Position numbers and translations under genes: made by a program. This document shows positions 19,058 through 28,100 of a DNA stretch of 64,000 bases, one piece after another. The stretch's first letter is position 1. Each line of letters begins with the position of its first letter. The notes beneath the pieces are model-generated. The model had not been told where the DNA came from and did not search any database. It was given only the letters and a program-made list of their open reading frames with translations. Source of the stretch: an uncultured Gammaproteobacteria bacterium (lineage in GTDB: Bacteria; Patescibacteriota; Patescibacteriia; Magasanikbacterales; JBBTQS01); assembly GCA_965230935.1 (NCBI GenBank), contig OZ246400.1, positions 502,359 to 566,358 on the forward strand, written 5' to 3'.

Positions 19058-21817
19058 CTACAAAGAAGCAAGTTGATTAGTTATAGCATCGCATTTTTGT
19101 TTTGCTAACGCAATCTTTTCTTTGTCCTGTGCAATGACATCTGGTGCAGCATGTTCTTGATATTTTGGATTGGCAAACTTTTTCTCAAGTCCTGTTAAGT
19201 ACTTCTCGATCTGCTCCTTCTCTTTTAAGAGCTTTTTCTTTTTGGCTTCGATATCCACCTGTCCATCGATCGGGACAAACAAGACAGCACCAGCTAGCGG
19301 TGTCACTACACAATTCTCTGGCACACTATCAGTAAAGGTGAACTCAGCCACCCTTCCCATAGACTCAATATATGGTAGTTGGTCTTTCAGCGCTTCCCAT
19401 GAAGCTTCCTCAATTGCCAAGCCGGCACGAATCATGTCCCCTGGCGCGATGTCATATTCTGGTCGAAGTGATCGCAAGCCACTGACTACTGCCATTACCT
19501 TGGTAAATGAATAAATTGCATCAACATCAAATGGATATTGCTCAAGTACCTGCTGCTCACTTCTTGGACATTGCTTCATCATAAGCAGACCATCACCATT
19601 ATGCAGCTCTTGCCAAAGTGCCTCAGTAACAAATGGCAAAATCGGATGCCATAGTTGAAGCAATACACTCACCACATGAGCCATAAGATCAGGATTTGGT
19701 TTACTCTTACTTGCTTCCACATACCAATCAGCAACCGTATCCCAAGTAAACGCCCGTAATTTTTCAGCAGCTTGAGAAAATTGATAGTGATCTAACTTGT
19801 TTCTCACACTATTTATGACAACACCAAGTTGGCTCACCATCCACTGATCAGCCAATGTCTTCACTTCAAACTGATTCGGATCCCCACCTTGCGACTTGGC
19901 AAATCGCGCAATGTTCCAGAGCTTGTTCACCAAATGTTGCGCTGATTCAACTTTCTCCTCATAAAACCGTGCATCATTCCCTGGAGATACTCCGGCGATC
20001 AAACTGTAGCGTAACGCATCTGTTCCATACTTATCAATAATCACAAGTGGATCAATCCCATTGCCAAGCGACTTTGAAAACTTTCTCCCATCCTTGTCGC
20101 GCAAAATGCCATGAATATACGCATCATGAAATGGAATTTGATCAAGGGTGTACGTGCTAAACAAAATCATGCGCGCCATCCAAAAAAACAAAATCTCATA
20201 GCCCATTTGCATCCAGGTGGTTGGATGAAACGTCTCCAGCTCATGATCTTGCGCTGGCCACTTGAGCGTTGAAAATGTCCACATCCCAGAGCTAAACCAC
20301 GTATCCAATGTATCCTCATCTTGAGTCCAGCCGTCGCCTTCCGGAGCTGTGACGCTTGCCACAACCTCATCTTCTCGATACCACACCGGAATTCGATGCC
20401 CCCACCAAATCTGACGAGAAATACACCAGTCGCGAAGATTATCAATCCAGCCAAAGTAATTTTTTTCGAATCGTGCCGGAGTGATAACAACTTTTTGATC
20501 AGGATCACCATTATGCCCAGTAGTAACCGCTTCACGCATAAGATCTTTAAGCGATTTTCCACGCCCAGGAATCTCCTTATTCACATCAACAAACCACTGC
20601 TTGGAAATCATGGGTTCAACAACAGTATGCGATCGATAACACAGTGGCACGCGGTGGGTATAATTAACGTCTTCACCAACAATCAACCCTTGCGCTTTCA
20701 TAATCTCAACTGCCTTTTTGCGTGCCTGCTCGATTGGTAATCCAGCGGCCGGACCGGCAATGTCAGTCATCTTTCCATCAAAACCAATCTTCGTGATAAA
20801 CGTCTCATTAAGCCCTCGACGTTTTGCAAGATCATAATCGTCAGCTGAGTGTGACGATGAGATCGTCATTGCTCCAGCACCTTTTTCTATATCAATAACC
20901 TCATCAGCTAACACCGTAAACTGACGATCGCCGGCATAGGTAGGATAGGTAAACGAAACTCCTTCGAAATCGCTCCCCTGCTTTTTTTCTACTACGACAA
21001 AATCACTTTGCGCGCCAAGGGTATTGCACACCTGTGCAAACTGCTCTTTATCATTAAACAGATTCTCTGAAACCCAAAGCTTGTCCTGCTCACCTTGGGC
21101 ATTAGTAAATTCTACAAAGACATACGTTCCATTAGGATGAACCACCAGAGGTGAATCAGCGCATTTAGTCTCTGGACGAACGGTCCCGATAACAAATTCA
21201 CCGCACCGAATGTAGTAAAACGGCTCCTGCCGATCTTCCCATTCAAGTTCGTCATCTGACAATACTGAATTTGCACCAATGGACCAGTTCACCAATCGGG
21301 TGCCACGATAAATCAGACCGTCATTAAACATTCTGATAAATACTTCATTTACTGCGGCATTCCGCTGCTCATCAAACGTGTACGCCAACCGACTCCAGTT
21401 AGCACTCGTACCCATTTTTCGAATCTGTTTTAAAATCGTTGATTTTGAATCTTCAGCATACGTACGAATTTTTTCAAGCAAACCTTCGCGACCAAATTCT
21501 GTGCGAGGATCCTCATGACCTTCTTTTACCAAATTACTTTCAACACGTGCCTGGGTAGCTACGGCCGCGTGATCAGTTCCTGGTAGGAGCAAAACCTTTT
21601 TCCCTTGCATGCGCTGAAACCGCGCCATGGTATCCATGAGCGTATTCTCCAGAGCGTGCCCCAAATGCAGCACTCCGGTCACATTTGGTGGGGGCATCAT
21701 GATAGAAAATTGTTCGCCTTCAATGTTGTCAGGATTAAAAAACCCTGACTTCTCCCATTTCTGATAAATAGAATCCTCATGTTCCTGAGGATTGTAGGCC
21801 TTTGGCATGTCCTTCAT
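19058..21817 (-). CDS. valS: Valyl-tRNA synthetase
   Basis: PPPNVTGVLHLGHALENTLMD (HIGH), KFSKSLGN (KMSKS), an editing domain and a C-terminal coiled coil. Start at MKDMPKAYNPQ, about 915 aa. Confidence 0.93.
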   Translation of the reverse strand: MKDMPKAYNPQEHEDSIYQKWEKSGFFNPDNIEGEQFSIMMPPPNVTGVLHLGHALENTLMDTMARFQRMQGKKVLLLPGTDHAAVATQARVESNLVKEGHEDPRTEFGREGLLEKIRTYAEDSKSTILKQIRKMGTSANWSRLAYTFDEQRNAAVNEVFIRMFNDGLIYRGTRLVNWSIGANSVLSDDELEWEDRQEPFYYIRCGEFVIGTVRPETKCADSPLVVHPNGTYVFVEFTNAQGEQDKLWVSENLFNDKEQFAQVCNTLGAQSDFVVVEKKQGSDFEGVSFTYPTYAGDRQFTVLADEVIDIEKGAGAMTISSSHSADDYDLAKRRGLNETFITKIGFDGKMTDIAGPAAGLPIEQARKKAVEIMKAQGLIVGEDVNYTHRVPLCYRSHTVVEPMISKQWFVDVNKEIPGRGKSLKDLMREAVTTGHNGDPDQKVVITPARFEKNYFGWIDNLRDWCISRQIWWGHRIPVWYREDEVVASVTAPEGDGWTQDEDTLDTWFSSGMWTFSTLKWPAQDHELETFHPTTWMQMGYEILFFWMARMILFSTYTLDQIPFHDAYIHGILRDKDGRKFSKSLGNGIDPLVIIDKYGTDALRYSLIAGVSPGNDARFYEEKVESAQHLVNKLWNIARFAKSQGGDPNQFEVKTLADQWMVSQLGVVINSVRNKLDHYQFSQAAEKLRAFTWDTVADWYVEASKSKPNPDLMAHVVSVLLQLWHPILPFVTEALWQELHNGDGLLMMKQCPRSEQQVLEQYPFDVDAIYSFTKVMAVVSGLRSLRPEYDIAPGDMIRAGLAIEEASWEALKDQLPYIESMGRVAEFTFTDSVPENCVVTPLAGAVLFVPIDGQVDIEAKKKKLLKEKEQIEKYLTGLEKKFANPKYQEHAAPDVIAQDKEKIALAKQKCDAITNQLASL

Positions 21818-21871
21818 ATATAGCAATTGTATATAGAAAGGCTATTTTACGCAATAAACGCAATACTCACC

Positions 21872-21899
21872 TTGACAAAATCCAAAAATTTGGTATGCT
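21872..21899 (+). promoter_or_regulatory. sigma70-like promoter TTGACA-16-TATGCT
   Basis: TTGACAAAATCCAAAAATTTGGTATGCT, upstream of the 21981 gene. Confidence 0.4.
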
Positions 21900-21980
21900 C
21901 ATGAGAGCTTGCCGGTACCAATACCGGTGTACCAATCATCCCGTTTCAACCGGCCAACACACGGCCAAGGGGGTTTTCCC

Positions 21981-22976
21981 GTGTTTAGTTACCGTAAGGC
22001 GCTGGACGCCTTCATCGTCCTAGCTGTGCTGCTCTTCGCGAGCGTGGCCATGGCCCAGACCCAGGTGCAATTCCGGATCAGCTCGGACTTCTATTGGGCC
22101 GACGACACCACCCGTGGTGAGCAGAAGGCCCCGGAGTTCGACGCCAAAACCGATGCACGGCGGCGTGTGGGCATGATGGTCCACTCGTCCATGGGCGGGA
22201 GCGTGAGCTACCTCACCACCTTCCCCCAGGTGCTGCTGGTCAATGGGCGCAAGATGAACCTGCACGACCGGGCTGGCGATCACGAGCCGATCATGACGCT
22301 CATGCTGAGTGTCGGTTCGTACAAGATCAACGGGTTCGTGATCCAGGCGCTCGACGGAGCCTGGCACTGGGTCAAGCCGTTCACCATCCGTGTCCGGGGC
22401 AACTCGCGCGCCATGGTGCACACCGTGCGTGTGACCAAGCAGATCGCGCAGGTGACCTGGAGCCCACGGCACTGCCTGGCGCACAGGGGCAGCAGCGCGT
22501 GCTACGACCCGAACCTCTACAGCCGCCGCTACAACTTCGACTTCTCGGGGAAGAAGGTCGTGGCGATTCCGGAGGGTCAGTATGACATCGTACGTCGGCC
22601 CAACACCCCGGCGTTCGACGACTACTGCACCTACGACCAGTCGTGTAGCGACAAGGACGTGGCAGCGCACCAGACCATGTTCGCGCTCTCGTGCAGCGGG
22701 GCCGGCAACAACAAGACCTACCGCCGGTACAGTTGCGAGAAGCTGGACAAGCCCGATGCCCTCGGGATGACAGTCACCTTCACCGAGTTGGTCATCGACG
22801 CCGATCTCGCCGAGTCGGTGACGCTGTACCAGACCGGCCATGAGCCACGTACGGTGCATGCTGGCCAGACCCTGAAGGTGAACACCGGCGACACCTACTC
22901 CTTCGTGGCGCCGGCGCCTGCCAAAGCCGAGGGTGAAGGCAAGCAAGCAGAGGCCAAAGGAGACACCGGCGGCTGA
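21981..22976 (+). CDS. Secreted hypothetical protein (about 62% GC)
   Basis: A GTG start preceded by AAGGGGG (7-nt spacer) gives the signal peptide VFSYRKALDAFIVLAVLLFASVAMAQ. The mature part has several Cys pairs and a C-terminal Ala/Glu/Lys-rich tail. ATG 21909 is an alternative, near-leaderless start. Confidence 0.55.
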   Translation: MFSYRKALDAFIVLAVLLFASVAMAQTQVQFRISSDFYWADDTTRGEQKAPEFDAKTDARRRVGMMVHSSMGGSVSYLTTFPQVLLVNGRKMNLHDRAGDHEPIMTLMLSVGSYKINGFVIQALDGAWHWVKPFTIRVRGNSRAMVHTVRVTKQIAQVTWSPRHCLAHRGSSACYDPNLYSRRYNFDFSGKKVVAIPEGQYDIVRRPNTPAFDDYCTYDQSCSDKDVAAHQTMFALSCSGAGNNKTYRRYSCEKLDKPDALGMTVTFTELVIDADLAESVTLYQTGHEPRTVHAGQTLKVNTGDTYSFVAPAPAKAEGEGKQAEAKGDTGG

Positions 22977-23062
22977 CGCTTCGCTGCAAGGCGACCAAAC
23001 ACACAACAACCCACAACGAGAACGCACGCCAACTGGCGCGCTGTTTTCTTTTTGTGCCGGTA

Positions 23063-23091
23063 TTGACAACTGGCACAAAACGCGCTAAGGT
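23063..23091 (+). promoter_or_regulatory. sigma70-like promoter TTGACA-17-TAAGGT
   Basis: TTGACAACTGGCACAAAACGCGCTAAGGT. It resembles the groES promoter (shared CGCTAAG[AG]T -10 region). Confidence 0.4.
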
Positions 23092-23160
23092 ACGTATCTT
23101 GGGATGAGCAGTGCACAGGGCCAGACTCAATGACAACACCCGAGATAGGAGGAACGTCGT

Positions 23161-23727
23161 ATGATGCGATCCATCGGGATTGCGTTGTTGACCGTACTGG
23201 CCTTGGCCAGTGAAGCGCAGGCGCAGCGTGCTCCGAGCCCGGCGCAGATCCAGCGTCAGCGTGAGTACGTGGAGTACCTCGAGGGCGAGGCGCAACGCGC
23301 GCAGGAGATGCATTACCTGCGCGAGCGCGAGCAACGCGCACGTCAGGAGTTGCGCGAGTACGGTGGGGGCGGCTACTACCCTCAGCAAGGTGGCGGTGGC
23401 TACTACCCTCCTCAGGGGGGCTATGCCCCGCCGGGGTACCATCCTGGCTACCAGCCGGGTTATGGTCCGCCGCCAGGACATCATCCCGGTGGATATTATC
23501 CCCCACCATGTGAGCATGGTGGGGGGTACGGGCCACCGATGTACCATCCTGGCATGGATCGCCCGGGGCCGGGGTACTACCCACAGACCGGATCCGACTA
23601 TGGTTACCGACCGGCGCCAGCACCCCATCGGCTGCGCAGAGCGCGCGTACGACGTGCCCCGCGACAGCACCGCTATCGCAGACCGGTCCCGGTTCGACGA
23701 CGCGTCGTGCGCCGGCGCCATCGCTGA
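23161..23727 (+). CDS. Secreted low-complexity Gly/Tyr/Pro-rich protein with an Arg-rich C-terminal tail (about 65% GC)
   Basis: SD GGAGGAACGTCGT precedes ATG ATG. Signal peptide MMRSIGIALLTVLALASEAQA. Repeats GGGGYYPQQGGGGYYPPQGGYAPPGYHPGYQPGYGPPPGHHPGGYYPPP. Tail RRARVRRAPRQHRYRRPVPVRRRVVRRRHR. Confidence 0.5.
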   Translation: MMRSIGIALLTVLALASEAQAQRAPSPAQIQRQREYVEYLEGEAQRAQEMHYLREREQRARQELREYGGGGYYPQQGGGGYYPPQGGYAPPGYHPGYQPGYGPPPGHHPGGYYPPPCEHGGGYGPPMYHPGMDRPGPGYYPQTGSDYGYRPAPAPHRLRRARVRRAPRQHRYRRPVPVRRRVVRRRHR

Positions 23728-23860
23728 GAACCACAACCAACACACAACGAGACGACCGATCAAACGATCTGGTCGTTTTCAATTCACACCATTTGACACA
23801 AAAATCATTTCACGATAGGATACTTCTCTATCTCTGGGGAGAGGGGTTGATATTGAACAC

Positions 23861-25030
23861 ATGGCACTAACCCTATCACAGCAAATCACTGATCGCATTA
23901 ACCAGAGTCACCACCATTTGGTAGTGTTTCGTGCGGATGCTGCTCAAGGAAAAACGCAAAGCAGCAAAGACGCCATTGCTTCTTCACTTGCGCTTGCTCA
24001 ATTTCTGCGCCAACAGGGAAAGATTGTTGATGTGGCGTGTGATGGATTCACCAACCCGGGACAACTACGCTACCTCAGCGGATTGCGCAGCGTGCGCAAT
24101 ACTCTTCCGGCAATTCAAAAGTCTATTATCACTGTTGATGTTTCCAAAAGTGGTATTGAGTCGCTCAGCTATGATGTGCAAAATGAACAGCTGAGCATTT
24201 TTGTTACACCAAAACATCAACAACTCAGCGCTACGGATGTGCAAGTAAATGCATCACCATATCTGTATGATTGCATTTGGATTGTAGACAGCCACGACCT
24301 TGGTTCGCTTGGCAATCTGTATTTACAACACACTGATCTGTTTCATAATGTGCCAACGATTGTTATTGATCATGCGCCCAGTAACGAACATTTTGGCACG
24401 ATCAACCTTATTGATCTGACTGCAACATCAACTGCAGAAGTGCTCTACAATTTATTTGAACAAACCGCCCGCAAAGAGATCACCCCTGAAATTGCTACCG
24501 CGCTTCTCACCGGCATTATCGCTAAAACAAAAAGTTTCAAAAGTAACACCATGAAGCCGCAAACCTTTGCCCGAGTAAGTGCGCTCATGGAACTGGGAGC
24601 CAAACGGGACGTTATCGTTGATCATCTCTTTCGTCAACGACCAATTGCTACGCTTAAACTTTGGGGAAGTGTACTTACCCGCATGCACCATGACGCTAAA
24701 TACAACATGATTACGGTGACGATTCCACAAGATGAGTTTACCCGCACGGGCGCTCATGAACATGATTTGCCAGAAATCATTGATGAGCTCCTTATCAATT
24801 CACCAGAAGCTGGGATCATTGCATTGATCTATCAATCACCTATTACCAAAAAATTCCGCGCAATTGTTCACACCAAAAAACCATTCGATGCTCGTGAACT
24901 TCTCGCACAATACCAACCAACTGGTAATCGTGATCTGGTTGAATGTCATATTGATGCCTCAGATCTTACCGAAGCACAACGCGTAATCACCAAAATACTT
25001 CACCAAAACTTGGCGCACACCACCATCTAA
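23861..25030 (+). CDS. DHH-family phosphoesterase homolog (NrnA-like) with degenerate catalytic motifs
   Basis: Collinear with NrnA: motif II IWIVDSHD, motif III VIDHAPSN (DHH changed to DHA), motif IV TGIIAKTKSF (GDTG changed to AKTK). No GGGH in the DHHA1 region. Confidence 0.65.
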   Translation: MALTLSQQITDRINQSHHHLVVFRADAAQGKTQSSKDAIASSLALAQFLRQQGKIVDVACDGFTNPGQLRYLSGLRSVRNTLPAIQKSIITVDVSKSGIESLSYDVQNEQLSIFVTPKHQQLSATDVQVNASPYLYDCIWIVDSHDLGSLGNLYLQHTDLFHNVPTIVIDHAPSNEHFGTINLIDLTATSTAEVLYNLFEQTARKEITPEIATALLTGIIAKTKSFKSNTMKPQTFARVSALMELGAKRDVIVDHLFRQRPIATLKLWGSVLTRMHHDAKYNMITVTIPQDEFTRTGAHEHDLPEIIDELLINSPEAGIIALIYQSPITKKFRAIVHTKKPFDARELLAQYQPTGNRDLVECHIDASDLTEAQRVITKILHQNLAHTTI

Positions 25031-25139
25031 GTAAAACTCCCTGCACAAGCAAGGAGTTTTACGGCAATACCTTCAGAAGTGACAAAGGCGATCAGGAACG
25101 ACAACTAGCCATTGTCACCCCTGATACCTCTACCAACTT

Positions 25140-28100
25140 CTATGTCGAATCCAAGGTCGATCCAGAACTTTCTGGATGCGTGGTGTCAGATGGATTCTTT
25201 TGATTATCTGCGGGTGCATGCTCATGGTGCCCGCCTTTGTTGTCTTCCCGACCATATTGTGCGAGTTCTCGCATCTTGGCAAAGTCAAACTCTGGTTGAT
25301 CTTCCTTTACTTCTGGTTCAGTAGATGGTGGCGGGTTTTGTAACAACTTCTCTGTTGATTGTGGCGACTCCTCTTTTGGCTGAACCTCAGACGTTTCAAC
25401 AAGTGGCTTGTGATGTGGCCCGGCTAATCCAACAGTTGGTTGTAATGCTCCCGGATGAATCGTCGCGTTTTTGGCAATCACCCCGGTTGGCGTCTCAATC
25501 GTAATATGATCGGTTTTTCTACGACGATATCCAGACTTCTCATACGTCACATAGTAGGTATTTGGGCCAACCAAAAATGCATACCGGCCTTTACCCCGGG
25601 TGACTTGAGTTTCAAGTAATTTGTTGTACCGTGCATCAAAAATGCGCACGACTGCCTTACTCAAGGCTACATTAGTTGCTCCATCGAATACCACGCCCCA
25701 TTCACGCACCTTAGCAATCATGTGTACTCGCCTGACAAAAATAAACGTCAGTACGTGGAAAAGTAATGCCAAAGAAACCAAGATTGTTGGACTGATGACA
25801 AACGCGACCACTGCCGCAGCAACACCTGAGTAACTCACTGCCGCCTGGATACCCTTTTTAACCTGATCAACGCGCACCTGAGTAACCTGACGAGAATCCT
25901 CTTGTGGATCAAGGCCGATATTTGGAATCAGATACATTGATTCGGTATCAACGGTAATCACTTCGCCGTTGTAGATCTTCCCAAAGGTAGGGTCTTCGGT
26001 TTTGCTAATCAAGTATGGCGCTGGAAATGCAAACCCGTGTTTTCTGACTTCAACCCGATATGATCCACGTGTGACAAAAAACCCAAACCGTCCATGCACA
26101 TCTGTTACCCGCGTTTGTACCACGCGATTTGTCTGATCATTAATCAGACGAACCAGTGCCAAATCAATTGGCAACTTCGTTAATGCATTAAAGACCACAC
26201 CCCAACTCTTTTGTTTACGCCGCGAGAATAGTCCAATAAACTGAGAAAACAACAGATACAAATATGATGGAATTGAAGGAAGGGTTCCGGCAGCGGTTGC
26301 CACGTTCAATGCAGCAACACCAGCTAATGCCGGGGTAGCGACTTGTTCCGTAACGTGTTCAACTTGAGGATCATCGATTACCCGGTTGATTGCACGCACT
26401 GCTTGTGTGGTAGTGTCAACCACACTTTCAATTACGGTAGGAATGCGAGTTGGCGTGCTCGTGCTCAGCGTGACTGGTATCGTACTTGTTGGCACCATCT
26501 CCACCGTACTGGTTGGACTACTGGTTACTACGGGTGATGAACCATCGGGCTCAACTGGCCCAGGGCCGTCTGGAGTTGGCCCCACTGGTTCAGAACCAGG
26601 TGGCACACCAGGATCGTCAGGGTCTATTGGAGGATCAGGATCGACTGGTGGATCCTCTCCATCAGGAGGGTTACTTGGTATTGGTACCTCAGGAAGCTCC
26701 CCAACTTGGACAGATACCACATTAGGATCACTGGTGTTTGTTGCCTGATCACTTGATGTTACTTCAAGGTGATGCTCACCATCACTTACCTGAGCAAAAC
26801 TTACCTCCCAATCACCGTTGGCGGCTGCATCAACAGTTTGTGTTACGACACCAGCAATACGAAGTGCACCAGCAAGTGGCTCATCTCCGTCAAATGTTTT
26901 TGTGGCGACTATCTTGGCAAGTGGTTCGGTTTTACCTGAGACCACAAGATACTTGATACCATTCTCCGTAACCTCGATTTCAACATCCACGTCTGGAATT
27001 TCAGGCGCTAACCGGTCGAGTACAACCAGTGCGCGTCGGGAATAGATCACGTCATCATCTTGCAGTCCCACAAACTCCACCTGATAAATTCCATCCTCGT
27101 CCGGTAAAGTAAATTCACCTTCATATCCTTGAGTCGGATCTTCAACCAGAATCTTATTTGCTAAATCAACTTTTTTGGCGAGGTCAATCACAAAGTGGGT
27201 GTATGCTTTTGCAAATGCAAACACCGGAACGCTCAACACGTTGGTATACTTATTGCCATTGTTCAACACAAATTCACCCGGGCCTGGTTTTGGTTGTTTA
27301 GGTTTTTTCACCAGAGCAAAATCTCGATTGCTATTCAATAACTCCTCGCCGGTACCATCATCCCGCACCTGAAGCACAATACGATAGGTGCCGATCTCAC
27401 TCACGGACGGAAATTGTACTACCCATACTTTTTCAGTATCAGTAATATCGGAGGGGAATAGCGAAACTGACGACGAACTCTCATCATCCAAATACGGCAC
27501 ATACACGGTAGCTTGCTCACCGGTTTCAGGATCATCGGTCACCAATGTGCGATACAAGGTGAGTTGGGTAGTCTTACCACTATAGATCCCATGACCAGTT
27601 ACGGTCAGTTTGTGGTGGTCTGCTGCCAATGGATCACTCACGTTATGCAATACACTTGCTCCTTCCTGAGGATTATCAATCTCCACTTCTGGTGGAGCAA
27701 TTTTCTCATACGTAATACTTTGCTGATACACCTTGGTCACTCCACCATTAATGGTTTCGAACTTTGCATATACAATCTTTCCCCCTTCGCCATCACTCAG
27801 CGTGTGAGGAATAATTCCGTTTTCAAATGCAGCGATGGTTTCCCATTTTGAATTAACAAACGCGGAATCATTTGACAATGCAATTGATTTAGCTCCAGAC
27901 AAAAACACAGTAATGTCCACATCCTGCTCATGAGTTACTGAAGCACCGTCATTAATCAAAAACGCGGCTCCTGTGGGGTTGTCTCCATCAGGAACAGGAT
28001 CTGCAGGAGGAGATGGATTGCTTCCTCCAGTGCCTCCTTCAGTAGTGGCACTAATCGGCCCGGTATATCCTGAAGCAATATTATCTCCGTTAAATGCGCG

